NCBI GenBank assembly: GCA_964345445.1 | Contig: CAYFQT010000024.1 | Location: 4,634-68,633 of the forward strand | DNA length: 64,000 nucleotides | Reading direction: 5' to 3' | DNA from: an uncultured Candidatus Saccharibacteria bacterium | GTDB taxonomy: Bacteria > Patescibacteriota > CPR2_A > CAYFQT01 | In this document: in pieces, positions 26,218 to 36,387 of the stretch | How positions within the stretch are numbered: position 1 is the stretch's first letter | How the letters are laid out: each line of letters opens with the position of its first letter | Translations under genes and position numbers: made by a program | Notes under the pieces: generated by a model | Told to the model about the DNA's origin: nothing | What the model saw: only the letters and a program-made list of their open reading frames with translations | Database searches by the model: none

Positions 26218-27579
26218 ATGGTGAGATTTTTCAATTTTACTCCCTTAGAGTTAAAGCGAAAAGTAATAGACACAAAACCTAAATTAAAGAAAAAACATTG
26301 GTATAAATTACCTCTTTTAATTTTAGTTATTCTGTTTTTAACTTCAGGGGGGTTATTTGCTTACAAAATATTAAGAGCTACAAAAAAAATAATTACAGAG
26401 AATCTTTCTAATTCTGCGCCTGCTATTGTGGGCGGAGTTGAACCTGATAAATTAAAAGGTGAGGGAGACGGAAGAATTAATATTTTACTTTTAGGGATAG
26501 GAGGTGAAGGTCACGATGCTCCAAATTTAACTGATACTATTATTGTAATGTCAATTGATCCTAAGAGTAAAACAGTATCCTTACTTTCTATACCCCGAGA
26601 TTTATATGTAAATATCCCTTCTTTTGGATATAACAGAATCAATAGTGCCTATGCACAAGGAGAGGAAAAAGGATATCAAGGTGGGGGGGCGACTTTAGCT
26701 AAAGAAGTAGTTAGTAATATTTTAGATTTACCTATTCATTATTACATTCATCTTGATTTTGCTGGATTTAAAAAAATAGTAGATACTTTAGGGGGGATTA
26801 CAGTGGAAGTAGAAAAAGATATTTATGACTGGGAATATCCTGATGATAGAGGTGGTTATGAGCCTTTTTATATTAAAGAAGGTATATATGATATGAATGG
26901 AGAGTTAGCTCTAAAGTTTGCCCGTTCTCGAAAAACTAGCTCAGATTTTGATAGAGCTCGTCGACAACAAAAAGTATTGTTAGCTATAAAAGAGAAATCC
27001 TTTGCTTTAGGAACAATTTTAAATCCTAAAAAAATAAATGAGATAATTAATGCTTTAGAGAATCATCTAAGAACAGACTTACAGCTTTGGGAAATAGAAA
27101 GACTTATTGAAATATCTTCTGATATCAATACAGATAATATAGTTCATAAAGTACTTGATAATACTCCAGAAGGACTTTTATATGATGATAATGTAGGAGG
27201 GATGTATGTCCTAAGGCCCAGAGCAGGAAACTGGAGCGAAGTTCGCAAACTTACCCATCAACTTTTTATAGATGCTTATATAAAAGAAGAGCAAGCTAAT
27301 ATTGAATTATTAAATGGAACTTCAAAAAGTAATATAGCTACTTCCATAAAAGAACTATTACAAAGTTATGGATATAATATAGTAGGAGTGGGATTTGCTG
27401 AAAGTCGTGATTTCAAACAATGTGTAATTTACGACTATAATGGAAGTAAACCTTATACTGTTACTTATTTAAGCAAAAGATTTAATGCTCAAGTAAAAAG
27501 GCAATTTTTAGGTAATAAACCAGAAGGAATAGATTTAAGGATTATAATAGGAGAAGATTATCTAAAAGTCATGGATTAA
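26218..27579 (+). CDS. LytR-CpsA-Psr (LCP) family cell-wall polymer transferase with LytR_C domain
   Basis: N-terminal TM, then INILLLGIGGEGHDAPNLTDTIIVMSIDPKSKTVSLLSIPRDLYVNIP (LCP core). C-terminal LytR_C-like segment NGTSKSNIATSIKELLQSYGYNIVGVG. Confidence 0.8.
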   Translation: MVRFFNFTPLELKRKVIDTKPKLKKKHWYKLPLLILVILFLTSGGLFAYKILRATKKIITENLSNSAPAIVGGVEPDKLKGEGDGRINILLLGIGGEGHDAPNLTDTIIVMSIDPKSKTVSLLSIPRDLYVNIPSFGYNRINSAYAQGEEKGYQGGGATLAKEVVSNILDLPIHYYIHLDFAGFKKIVDTLGGITVEVEKDIYDWEYPDDRGGYEPFYIKEGIYDMNGELALKFARSRKTSSDFDRARRQQKVLLAIKEKSFALGTILNPKKINEIINALENHLRTDLQLWEIERLIEISSDINTDNIVHKVLDNTPEGLLYDDNVGGMYVLRPRAGNWSEVRKLTHQLFIDAYIKEEQANIELLNGTSKSNIATSIKELLQSYGYNIVGVGFAESRDFKQCVIYDYNGSKPYTVTYLSKRFNAQVKRQFLGNKPEGIDLRIIIGEDYLKVMD

Positions 27580-27630
27580 TACAAAAATCGAGAGACTTTT
27601 AATCTATAATCATTCCATATTAAGGATAAA

Positions 27631-28401
27631 ATGGACAAAAAACAAGGAAAGGCAGATTTACATATTCATAGTATTTATAGTTATGATGGTACATCTACTA
27701 CCCAAGAAATTATAGATTTTGTTGAATATAATACAGATTTGGATATCATTGCTATTACTGATCATAATAAAATTCAAGGCGCTAAAGAAGCTCATAATTT
27801 ATCTTGTAATTATAGAGTTTCTGTAGTTATAGGGGAAGAAATTTTAACTAAAGAAGGAGAGATCTTAGCTTTATTTATTCATGAAAGAATTAAACCTTTT
27901 AGAAGTGTTACAAATACTATTTACGAAATTCATTCTCAAGGAGGATTAGCAATTGCTCCTCATCCTATAAGTTGGGTAAATCCCAGCATTCCTTTAAAGA
28001 CTTTATATAAAGTAAGTAATGGAGTTCCTGCAGCCTATCGTTTAGATGCTATTGAGATTTTAAATTCCAGTCTTTCTGGAAAATCTAGATATCAAAAAAG
28101 AAAGAGATTAAATAGCAAAGTTTTTACCCTGCCAGAAGTTGCTTCCAGTGATTCCCATTATGCTAAAAATATTGGTTGTGCTTATACTGTATTTCCTGGC
28201 AATACTCCGGAAGATTTATATAATAGTATTAAATTAGGACAAACTTCTACCCATGGAATTTTTCTACCAGTAAGTGATTTTTTCAAAATTTGTCACTTAA
28301 ATTTCAAAAAATATTGCAGAAAAGTTGCTAAACCTCCAGCTAGACCATATAAATTTTTTAAAAAAATAAAAGAAGAATTTGTAACTTTAGAAGATAAGTA
28401 G
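27631..28401 (+). CDS. PHP-domain metal-dependent phosphoesterase
   Basis: ADLHIHSIYSYDGTSTTQEIIDF...IAITDHN is the PHP signature. Confidence 0.7.
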   Translation: MDKKQGKADLHIHSIYSYDGTSTTQEIIDFVEYNTDLDIIAITDHNKIQGAKEAHNLSCNYRVSVVIGEEILTKEGEILALFIHERIKPFRSVTNTIYEIHSQGGLAIAPHPISWVNPSIPLKTLYKVSNGVPAAYRLDAIEILNSSLSGKSRYQKRKRLNSKVFTLPEVASSDSHYAKNIGCAYTVFPGNTPEDLYNSIKLGQTSTHGIFLPVSDFFKICHLNFKKYCRKVAKPPARPYKFFKKIKEEFVTLEDK

Positions 28402-28407
28402 TCCTAA

Positions 28408-29265
28408 ATGGCAACATTGGAAAATATTAAAATTAAACGAAAAAGTTTTCTTGTTACTTTTATTATATTTTTAGGTCTTCAAGCTTTGAGTGTAAGACCT
28501 GATTTATTTTTGAATTTATTCCCGAAATATAATTTGTTATTATGGTCGGGAATATTTAGTTTAATATTATGGTTGGGTGTTTTTTGGATTTGTAAGAATG
28601 TCCAATTTATTATTTCTTCTGAAAGATATTTGTTTAATAAAATTAAATTGCCTTTTAGAATAACTTCTATTCATCTTTTAATTTTGCCAACAATGTTGCT
28701 TTGGGGAAGTATTTTAAGTAATTTCTTTTTATTTTTTGAAGATTTATTGTTTCAACAAATAATTATTTTTTCTTCTACTATTTTACTTTATATTCTAATT
28801 TTTAAATTGGATTATAATATACAAAACCTTTCCATTTTATATCAAAATGTAATAAATATAACTATATTTTTTACTGTCTTTTTATGGTACTCTCTTATTT
28901 TTTATTTTTATTTATTTTTTGGTTGGCCTAAGTGGGCAGTTATACTTTCTGTTTTTATAATAAGTTTTTTGATTACCTATCAAGCTTTACTTAAGAAAAA
29001 TATTCCTTCAGTTGCTTCTTGGGTATATATTTTAATAACTGTTTTGATATTATCTGAGATAACTTGGGTTATAACTTTTTGGCCAGTGGTGTATTTAATA
29101 GGAGGAATGGTAATTCTAACTTCTTTTTATGTTGTTTGGGGATTAATACAAGATCATATCGATAATAAATTAGAACTCAAGATTATCTTGGAATATTTAG
29201 CTGTTGCTTTTACTATTTTAGCTATTGTTTTAGCAACTACTCGTTGGATTTCTCCTTATATGTAG
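28408..29265 (+). CDS. Hypothetical polytopic membrane protein
   Basis: About 8 hydrophobic helices and no recognisable catalytic motif. Translationally coupled to the PHP gene. Confidence 0.5.
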   Translation: MATLENIKIKRKSFLVTFIIFLGLQALSVRPDLFLNLFPKYNLLLWSGIFSLILWLGVFWICKNVQFIISSERYLFNKIKLPFRITSIHLLILPTMLLWGSILSNFFLFFEDLLFQQIIIFSSTILLYILIFKLDYNIQNLSILYQNVINITIFFTVFLWYSLIFYFYLFFGWPKWAVILSVFIISFLITYQALLKKNIPSVASWVYILITVLILSEITWVITFWPVVYLIGGMVILTSFYVVWGLIQDHIDNKLELKIILEYLAVAFTILAIVLATTRWISPYM

Positions 29266-29345
29266 ATATAAGTGTCGAAAGTATCAAAGGTGCCACAGGT
29301 GTCAGAAACATCAAAAGATATATAGTAATGTCTGATATTTTAATT
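29266..29345 (+). repeat. Family-2 element
   Basis: taagtgtcgaaagtatcaaaggtgccacaggtgtcagaaacatcaaaagatatatagtaatgtctgatatttt. Confidence 0.65.
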
Positions 29346-29396
29346 ATATTTCGCAAAGGGATTTTTAAGTAGTAATCTTTTAAATTTCAAATTAAA

Positions 29397-29912
29397 ATGA
29401 GTCAAGAATTAGATAATATAACCTTTAGCTTTTATTGTTCTTTTTTAAATTATTTCATAGTGATGAAAATAGACAAAAATGATATAATTAAAGAAGTAAC
29501 TTTGAGCAAAAAAGATATAAATATAAAAAGCAAAAAAAGTAATAAATTAACAAGTTCTTTAATTGGTGATTTTAAGAAATATTTTAAAGGACAGAAAATA
29601 AATTTTGGAAATTATAAAATTGATATAAGTGGTTATTCTACTTTTGAGAACAAAGTCTTAAAAGAAGTAAAAAATATACCCTATGCTCAAGAAGTTACTT
29701 ATAGGCAATTAGCCTATAAAATAAAAAGTCCTAAAGCTTATAGGTCAGTAGGTAAGACATTAAACAAAAATCAATTTTTTATTATTATCCCTTGTCATAG
29801 AGTAATAGGCAAAAGAAATATTGGGGGATTTAAATATCCAATTATTATTAAGAAAAAACTTTTAAAATTGGAGCAGAAAATACAACCGCAAAGACAAAAA
29901 AATAATTCTTAG
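29397..29912 (+). CDS. ogt: Methylated-DNA--protein-cysteine methyltransferase (Ogt/MGMT)
   Basis: VTYRQLAYKIKSPKAYRSVGKTLNKNQFFIIIPCHRVIG carries the PCHRV active-site cysteine motif. The true start may be an internal ATG (29463). Confidence 0.75.
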   Translation: MSQELDNITFSFYCSFLNYFIVMKIDKNDIIKEVTLSKKDINIKSKKSNKLTSSLIGDFKKYFKGQKINFGNYKIDISGYSTFENKVLKEVKNIPYAQEVTYRQLAYKIKSPKAYRSVGKTLNKNQFFIIIPCHRVIGKRNIGGFKYPIIIKKKLLKLEQKIQPQRQKNNS

Positions 29913-29962
29913 CGTTTTAGCGCCCGAAGGATTTAGTACTTTTGCGGTTACGGGGAGAATAT

Positions 29963-31165
29963 ATGGGTGTAAAAAATATCAAAATGATTTCTGAAGAAAA
30001 TTCGGATAAACCTATTAAAATAAAAAAGAGAAGGTCTAAAATTTGGGTAGTTTTGGGGGTTATTTTATTGAGTTTTATTTTTGGAATTTTAGGAGGAGGA
30101 GTCGCTGAGAAAGTAATTATACCTTTTATTTTAGGAAAATTAAAAAGCGATAAAAAAGTAGAAATAACAGAAAAGAAAGAAGAAGTTACAGTAGAAGAAC
30201 AATCAGGGATAATTGAGGCAGTAGATAAATTAAATCCTTCAGTAGTAAGTATTGTTTCCAGTAAAGAAGTATATGATTTTTGGGGTGATGTGTTCGAACA
30301 AAAAGGTGGGGGAACAGGTTTTGTTATAACTACTGACGGTTTAATTTTAACTAACAAACATGTGGTTTCAGATAAGAGTGCTGAATATACAGTGATTACT
30401 CATAATGGGAAAGATTTTGAAGCTAAAGTGCTCAGTTTAGATCCTATAAATGATTTAGCAGTAATTGATATCCAAGCAGATAATCTTACGCCGGTAGATA
30501 TTGGAGATAGTGATGACTTAAAAGTAGGTCAGAGGGTTATCGCTATAGGCAATGCTTTAGGAGAATATCAAAATACAGTGACAGAAGGAGTAATCAGTGC
30601 AAAAGGAAGAGCTATTATAGCTAGTGATGAAACAGGTCAAGGTGAAAGATTAGAAGGAGTTATTCAAACAGATGCAGCTATAAATCCTGGAAATTCCGGT
30701 GGCCCCTTGGTTAATATTAAAGGTCAAGTAGTAGGAATTAACACTGCTATAGAGCAAGGAGGTCAATTAATTGGTTTTGCTTTGCCTATTAATATAGTAA
30801 AGCCTATAGATAAATTTATAGAAAATATAAGAACAAGAGGTAAGATTGTTCGTCCTTTACTTGGCGTTCGGTATATTCCTATAACAAAAGAGTTTGCGTC
30901 TTTAAATGATTTAGATGTTACAGAAGGAGCTTTAGTAAGTGAAGGTAGAATGGGAGAAGCGGCAGTAATACCTGGTAGCCCAGCTGATCTTGCTGGAATT
31001 GAAGAAGGGGATATTGTAACTCATATTAATCAAGACAAAATTGATGAAAAGAATAGTCTTTCTTCTCTAATCCAAAAATACCAACCAGAGGAAGAAGTAG
31101 AGGTTACTTTATTAAGAGGTTCAAAAGAAATGAAAGTAAAAGCAACTTTAGAGGAGATGAAATAA
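29963..31165 (+). CDS. htrA: HtrA/DegP-family serine protease with C-terminal PDZ domain
   Basis: Catalytic triad context NKHVV (His), DLAVI (Asp), GNSGGPL (Ser). PDZ segment GALVSEG...PGSPADLAGIEEGDIVTHIN. ATG 29963 follows RBS cggggag. Confidence 0.85.
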   Translation: MGVKNIKMISEENSDKPIKIKKRRSKIWVVLGVILLSFIFGILGGGVAEKVIIPFILGKLKSDKKVEITEKKEEVTVEEQSGIIEAVDKLNPSVVSIVSSKEVYDFWGDVFEQKGGGTGFVITTDGLILTNKHVVSDKSAEYTVITHNGKDFEAKVLSLDPINDLAVIDIQADNLTPVDIGDSDDLKVGQRVIAIGNALGEYQNTVTEGVISAKGRAIIASDETGQGERLEGVIQTDAAINPGNSGGPLVNIKGQVVGINTAIEQGGQLIGFALPINIVKPIDKFIENIRTRGKIVRPLLGVRYIPITKEFASLNDLDVTEGALVSEGRMGEAAVIPGSPADLAGIEEGDIVTHINQDKIDEKNSLSSLIQKYQPEEEVEVTLLRGSKEMKVKATLEEMK

Positions 31166-31222
31166 TTTAGTGACAAGTAACAAGGAGTTAGTGACTAGGA
31201 TTTAGGAACTAGGGGATTGATA

Positions 31223-31256
31223 AAAAAGCTGGTTTTACCAGCTTTTTTAGTTTTAT
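31223..31256 (+). terminator. Rho-independent terminator after htrA
   Basis: aaaaagctgg ttttacc agcttttt, then tagtttt. Confidence 0.6.
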
Positions 31257-31286
31257 TTAGCGCAAATATTCGTTCTATTTGTGTTT

Positions 31287-31326
31287 AAAAAAAATAAGGG
31301 CAAAGACTTACAAGGAGTCTTGGCCC
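31287..31326 (-). terminator. Rho-independent terminator for the minus-strand prmC / K-rich ORF transcript
   Basis: Plus strand: aaaaaaaa taa gggcaaagactt acaagg agtcttggccc. On the minus strand this is a hairpin followed by a U-run. Confidence 0.5.
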
Positions 31327-31354
31327 TTTAAGGTTGTAAAAAAGTTGTCAAATA

Positions 31355-31738
31355 TTATTTCTTCTTTTTCTTTTTCCTCCGTTTCTTCTTTTTCTTACCC
31401 CCATTGTTTTTTGGTTTTATTATTTTAAATCGGGTATTACTTTTTTTGTCTTCCATTCCCTCGGATTTTTCTCCTTTAATAGAATTTTCTTCCGTTGTTT
31501 TTTGTATAGAATGAGAAACAATCACATTTCTATCTCTATATCCGAATAATAATCTTGAAATGAAACCTGGCTTTCTTTTTTTCTCTCCATTTTTCTTACT
31601 ATACATTGCAATTTCTTTTTCTATTTCCTCTAAATTTTGGTTACATTCAGCAAGATCTTTTTCTAATTTCTCCTCGATTTTTAACTTTCCTGTAGAGAAA
31701 TTTGTATTCTCTTTCATCTTTGTCCACCCCCACTTCAA
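31355..31738 (-). CDS. Hypothetical small basic protein with coiled-coil N-terminus and poly-Lys/Arg C-terminal tail
   Basis: Ends in GGKKKKKRRKKKKKK. No conserved domain was recognised. Confidence 0.4.
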   Translation of the reverse strand: MKWGWTKMKENTNFSTGKLKIEEKLEKDLAECNQNLEEIEKEIAMYSKKNGEKKRKPGFISRLLFGYRDRNVIVSHSIQKTTEENSIKGEKSEGMEDKKSNTRFKIIKPKNNGGKKKKKRRKKKKKK

Positions 31739-31917
31739 AATCTTTCTTTTCTTGCTTATTACTTTGCTTTCTGCGATGGTTAATAGGAAATATATTTCCT
31801 ATTCCAACTACACTAGTCCCCCAAGCCATCACAATTCCTCCTTTTCCCAAGATATGTTGTTAAACTACAATATTATATTTTCAATTAGATTACATCTTAA
31901 CAAAATTTCAGATAATG

Positions 31918-32826
31918 TCAAGAAGAAATTAAAACTATCCTATCTAGTCTTGAATAATCCTTTTTAATTTCTATCTTGCCTTGAGGGAAATATTTTTTAG
32001 CTATTATTTTGACTAAGTCAGTTTGATAGGGGCTAATCTCTAAAAATATTTTAACTTTTTTATTAAGGTATTTTCTAATTTGATATAGTAATTTTTTATA
32101 GTAATCTAAACCTTCTTTTCCACCATAAAGAGCAGTTTTTGGTTCATATTTTTTAATGCCATTAGGCAATTTTTCCATTTCTTGATCTTTTACATAAGGT
32201 AAATTAGCAACAATAATATCAATTCTTGTCTCTTGTATCTTATCGCTTGTCACTGGAATTAATAAATCTCCTTGCAGGAAAGTTATTCTATTTTGTACAT
32301 TGTGTTTTTTGGCATTTAATTTGGCTACTTCCAGGGCTTTTTTAGAAATATCCGTAGCATAAATAGTTAATTGCTTGTTGCTTATTGCTAATTTTTTAGC
32401 TAAAGAAATTGCAATACAACCAGAACCAGTTCCCACATCTACAATATTAAATCTTATCTCATATCTCATATCTCTTATCGCTTTTAATACTTCTTCTACA
32501 AGTAATTCGGTTTCTGGACGGGGGATTAAAAGACTATTGTTAACATAAAAATCCAATCCATAAAATTCTTTTTTACTTGTGATATAAGCAACTGGTTCAT
32601 ATCTAGCTCTCTTTTCTATTATTTTTTTATATTTTCTATAGGCTGTAGACGGTAGTCTGTATGCCGAGTTAGCATAAATCCACTCCTTTGTTACATTTGT
32701 TACTTCTGTTACCTTTGTCACATTTAATAAATAGCATAATAAAACCTCCGCATCTAAGTGTGCCGAGGGGATATTTTTGCTTTTTAATTTTTGATTTGCC
32801 CAGCTTAAAGCTTGTTTTATAGTCAT
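31918..32826 (-). CDS. prmC: Release factor glutamine N5-methyltransferase PrmC (HemK)
   Basis: SAM-binding VDVGTGSGCIAISLA. Catalytic IVANLPYV, an NPPY-type motif. Lies directly downstream of prfA. Confidence 0.85.
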   Translation of the reverse strand: MTIKQALSWANQKLKSKNIPSAHLDAEVLLCYLLNVTKVTEVTNVTKEWIYANSAYRLPSTAYRKYKKIIEKRARYEPVAYITSKKEFYGLDFYVNNSLLIPRPETELLVEEVLKAIRDMRYEIRFNIVDVGTGSGCIAISLAKKLAISNKQLTIYATDISKKALEVAKLNAKKHNVQNRITFLQGDLLIPVTSDKIQETRIDIIVANLPYVKDQEMEKLPNGIKKYEPKTALYGGKEGLDYYKKLLYQIRKYLNKKVKIFLEISPYQTDLVKIIAKKYFPQGKIEIKKDYSRLDRIVLISS

Positions 32827-32929
32827 TTATTAAGTATCAATATTGGTTATTAGGAATATGGAATCAGTATAAGATATTTATAATTTTCCTAATTTCCAAT
32901 TCCGTATTCCTTATTACTATAACTTATTA

Positions 32930-34000
32930 TCACTTATTCTCTAAGGTCAATTTCTTAGTCTGATCTTCTTCAATCAATTTCTCAATAATTTTATCCAGAT
33001 TACCAGATAAAACGGATTCTATATTATGTACAGATAACTTAATCCGATGGTCTGTTATTCTATCTTGAGGAAAATTATAGGTTCTGATTTTTTCTGATCT
33101 ATCTCCTGTGCCAATTTGTATTTTTCTTTCCTCACCTCTAGCTTTTTGCTGTTCTTCTTGTTTTTTTACAAAAAGTCTTGATCTTAATATAGATAAAGCC
33201 TTGTTTTTATTTTTTAATTGAGATTTTTCATCTTGACAAGAAACATTAATTTGTGAAGGTAGGTGAGTGATACGTACAGCTGAATCAGTAACATTGGCAT
33301 GTTGACCACCAGGCCCTGAAGATCTAAAAGTATCAATTTTCAAATCGCGAGGTGAAATTTCAATATCAATTTCTTCTGCTTTAGGTAAAATAGCCACTGT
33401 TGCACAAGATGTATGAATTCTTCCACTTGATTCTGTAATTGGTATTCTTTGCACTCTGTGGACTCCGCTTTCATATTTTAGCCTAGAATAAGGGGAACTT
33501 CCTTTAATTTCAAAAATAATCTCTTTAAAACCACCTTTTTCACTTACTGAAGAGCTTAAAATTTCTATATTCCAGCCTTTTTGTTGGGCATAACGAGAAT
33601 ACATTTTAAAAAGGTCAGAGGCAAATAAAGCTGCTTCTTCTCCTCCAGTGCCGGCTCGGATTTCCATAATTACATCCTTTTCATCATTAGGATCAGAAGG
33701 CAAAAGGTCTATTTCTAGCTCTTTTTCCAATTTTTCTTTTTCTTTTTCCAATTTTTCTATCTCTATTTCAGCCAATCGAACCAGCTCAAAATCTTTTTCT
33801 TTAAGAATAATTTCTTTAGATTCAGCTAAATTCTTGTTTATTTTTTGTAACTTTTCCTGCTTTTTTATTATTTTTTTAAATTCAGTATGTTTTTTTGTTA
33901 ATTTCTGATATTCTTTTTGATTGGAAATAACTTCTGGCTGGCTTAATTTTTTTTCCAGTTGTTTATATTCTTTTTTAATTTCTTCTATTTTTTTTAGCAT
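32930..34000 (-). CDS. prfA: Peptide chain release factor 1
   Basis: GGQ motif [21 protein letters not shown]1-type P-x-T tripeptide in RIPITES. Followed by prmC. Confidence 0.9.
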   Translation of the reverse strand: MLKKIEEIKKEYKQLEKKLSQPEVISNQKEYQKLTKKHTEFKKIIKKQEKLQKINKNLAESKEIILKEKDFELVRLAEIEIEKLEKEKEKLEKELEIDLLPSDPNDEKDVIMEIRAGTGGEEAALFASDLFKMYSRYAQQKGWNIEILSSSVSEKGGFKEIIFEIKGSSPYSRLKYESGVHRVQRIPITESSGRIHTSCATVAILPKAEEIDIEISPRDLKIDTFRSSGPGGQHANVTDSAVRITHLPSQINVSCQDEKSQLKNKNKALSILRSRLFVKKQEEQQKARGEERKIQIGTGDRSEKIRTYNFPQDRITDHRIKLSVHNIESVLSGNLDKIIEKLIEEDQTKKLTLENK

Positions 34001-34096
34001 TTTTTCACTCGGTTATTAAAAACCAAGCATACACTTGGTTTTTTAGCACTAAGTATTTGACCTAAGGTCAATTATCCTTAGTGCCTTATTTAAAAC

Positions 34097-34351
34097 TTAT
34101 TTCCCAGAATTTTTCCCTTTTTCCCTTTTTCCTTTTTCAGTTTTCTTTCTTTCAGCATGAGCTATTTTAGCTTTAAATTTGTCCACCCTTCCTGCTGTGT
34201 CCACTAATTTTTGTTTTCCAGTATAAAAAGGGTGGCACTGGGAACAGATTTCCACCTTTAAATGAGGGATAGTGGCTCTGGTTTCAAAACTATAACCACA
34301 AGCACATTCAACTTGGGCTTTTATATATTTTGGATGAATATCTTTTTTCAT
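34097..34351 (-). CDS. rpmE: 50S ribosomal protein L31 (zinc form) with Lys-rich C-terminal tail
   Basis: [59 protein letters not shown] is the L31 signature. Confidence 0.9.
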   Translation of the reverse strand: MKKDIHPKYIKAQVECACGYSFETRATIPHLKVEICSQCHPFYTGKQKLVDTAGRVDKFKAKIAHAERKKTEKGKREKGKNSGK

Positions 34352-34600
34352 TTTTACCTCTCTATTTCCGATTAACTTTTGTTAATCGGAACGAGCCGTT
34401 CTAGTCGCTTGCAAGCGACTAGAAATAGGCCGAAAAACACGGATTTACACAGATTTTTTATGGATAGCCACTGATCACTGATTTGGTCCATTACTCGTTA
34501 TCCGTTATTAGTTATCCGTGATCTGTGGCTATCAGTGATTTACCTGCCTGCCGGCAGGTCCGTGGCTATCTGTGGTAGAGCAGTGAAACTGCTACATATA
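34352..34600 (-). repeat. Family-1 element in minus orientation forming the 5' leader of rpmE
   Basis: Reverse complement reads gtagcagtttcactgctac (hairpin) caccacagatagccacggacctgccggcaggcaggtaaatcactgatagccacagatcacggataactaataacggataacg...aaatcagtgatcagtggctatccataaaaaatctgtgtaaatccgtgttttt...gagaggtaaaaATG. Confidence 0.8.
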
Positions 34601-34629
34601 ATTATACTAAATAAAAACCTTCTTAGCAA
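34601..34629 (-). promoter_or_regulatory. Candidate promoter for rpmE-prfA-prmC (TTGCTA-17-TATAAT on the minus strand)
   Basis: The minus strand reads TTGCTAagaaggtttttatttagTATAATtatatgtagcag. The predicted TSS falls at the gtagcagtttcactgctac hairpin that heads the family-1 leader. Confidence 0.45.
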
Positions 34630-34779
34630 TAAGAATTTGATAACATAAGAATTTGATAATTTACTTAATTAATTTTGATATATTTTAACTTTAGAGTCAT
34701 AAGTAAGACAAAAATTGGTAATTTCTTCCATACTTTCAAGTATGAGAGTTTTTTCCATTTTTTCATAATTAAATTTTTC

Positions 34780-34807
34780 TTGCATTTTGGGTTTAATTTG
34801 GTATACT
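34780..34807 (+). promoter_or_regulatory. Candidate promoter for rpsB-tsf-pyrH-frr (TTGCAT-16-TATACT)
   Basis: cTTGCATtttgggtttaatttggTATACTg, 180 nt upstream of rpsB. The leader contains hairpin cccgatgactatcggg. Confidence 0.4.
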
Positions 34808-34988
34808 GTTTTTTGTTTGGAAATTTCTTGATTCTATTTTAAAATTTGTTTATACTATTATTGAATATAGATATAAGAGATAAGAGATAAGTTCTAATCA
34901 CACACGTCTTCAGACTATCTTTTCCTTGCCCCGATGACTATCGGGATCATAAGATAGGGAGAAGGAGGCGGCGGAAAGAAAGGAAAAA

Positions 34989-35750
34989 ATGAAAAGTATT
35001 TCTATGGAAAAAATGTTAGAGGCTGGTTTGCATTTTGGGCATCAAGCACAAAGATGGAATCCCAAGATGGAGCCTTTTATTTTTGGGCAAAGAGCTGGTG
35101 TTCATATAATTAATTTAGAAAAAACAGCAGAAAAATTAAAAAAAGCCACAGATTTTATAAAAAAAATATCTTCTGAAGATAAAATTATTTTATTTATAGG
35201 TACTAAAAAACAAGCACAGCAAATAATAGCTTCTGAAGCTACCCGATGTAAAATGCCTTATGTATCAGAACGTTGGTTGGGAGGAATGTTAACAAATTTT
35301 ACAACTATCTGCAGGAATATTAAAAAACTTAAAGAATTAGAAAAGATTAAAAATAGCAATCAGATTCAAAGATTTACTAAGAAAGAAAAAATTAATTTTC
35401 AAAAAAATTTAGGGAAGCTGGAAGATACATTACAGGGGGTAAAAGAAATAAATAGATTGCCTGATGTTTTGTTTGTAGTTGATGTAGTAAAAGAAAATAC
35501 TGCAATAGGTGAAGCTTGTAAATTAGGCATTCCTATTGTAGCAATTTGTGATACTAATGCAGATCCTTCAGGAATTGATTATATCATTCCTGCCAATGAT
35601 GATGCTATTAAGTCTATAAGATTTTTAGTCTCTCATGTAGCTGATGCTGTATTAGAAGGAAAAAAGAAAGTTAAAAAATCTAAAACTATATCTAAAAAAA
35701 CAGTTGGCAAGGAAAAAATAGTTAAAGAGAAAATTGTTGCTGGAAAATAA
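34989..35750 (+). CDS. rpsB: 30S ribosomal protein S2
   Basis: MLEAGLHFGHQAQRWNPKMEPFIFGQRAGVHIINLEKT is the S2 signature. Confidence 0.9.
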   Translation: MKSISMEKMLEAGLHFGHQAQRWNPKMEPFIFGQRAGVHIINLEKTAEKLKKATDFIKKISSEDKIILFIGTKKQAQQIIASEATRCKMPYVSERWLGGMLTNFTTICRNIKKLKELEKIKNSNQIQRFTKKEKINFQKNLGKLEDTLQGVKEINRLPDVLFVVDVVKENTAIGEACKLGIPIVAICDTNADPSGIDYIIPANDDAIKSIRFLVSHVADAVLEGKKKVKKSKTISKKTVGKEKIVKEKIVAGK

Positions 35751-35777
35751 TTTTTTTCTTAGATTTATGGAGATTAT

Positions 35778-36284
35778 ATGAGTAAAATTAATGAGAAAAT
35801 AAAAGAACTTCGCAAATTAACTTCTGCCTCAATTTCAGATTGCAAAAAAGCTTTAGAAGAAGCAAAAGATGATTTAGATAAAGCAAAAGATATATTGCGC
35901 AGGAGAGGTCAAAAGATAGCCTCCAAAAAAGCAGAAAGAGAAACTACCGAGGGCTTGATTGAAAATTATATTCATTCTAATAATAAAATAGGGGTTTTGT
36001 TGGAAATAAACTGTGAAACTGATTTTGTGGCAAAAAATACTGAATTTAGACAATTAGCCCATGATATTGCTATGCATATTGCCGCAATGGATCCTCAATA
36101 TATAAAACCTGAGGAAGTGAAAAGTAAACCTAAAGATAAAAAACCAGAAGAAATTTCTCTTTTGACTCAACCCTTTATTAAAAATCCCGAAATTACTATT
36201 GGTGAAAAAATAAACGAGGCAATTTCTCATTTAGGCGAAAATATTCAAATAAAAAGATTTATAAGATATGAAGTTGGAGAATAG
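35778..36284 (+). CDS. tsf: Elongation factor Ts (short form)
   Basis: IKELRKLTSASISDCKKALEEAKDDLDKAKDILR is the UBA-like N-terminus. GLIENYIHSNNKIGVLLEINCETDFVAKN is the Ts signature. Confidence 0.85.
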   Translation: MSKINEKIKELRKLTSASISDCKKALEEAKDDLDKAKDILRRRGQKIASKKAERETTEGLIENYIHSNNKIGVLLEINCETDFVAKNTEFRQLAHDIAMHIAAMDPQYIKPEEVKSKPKDKKPEEISLLTQPFIKNPEITIGEKINEAISHLGENIQIKRFIRYEVGE

Positions 36285-36387
36285 AAAATAAGGTGTCAAA
36301 TGTGTCAAAAGTATCAGAGGTTATTATAATATCTTATGATACTTGTGATACCTTTGATACTTATGATACCTGCAAGGTAGGAGCATT
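36285..36387 (+). repeat. Family-2 element
   Basis: aaggtgtcaaatgtgtcaaaagtatcagaggttattataatatcttatgatacttgtgatacctttgatacttatgatacctgcaaggtaggagcattATG. Confidence 0.8.
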
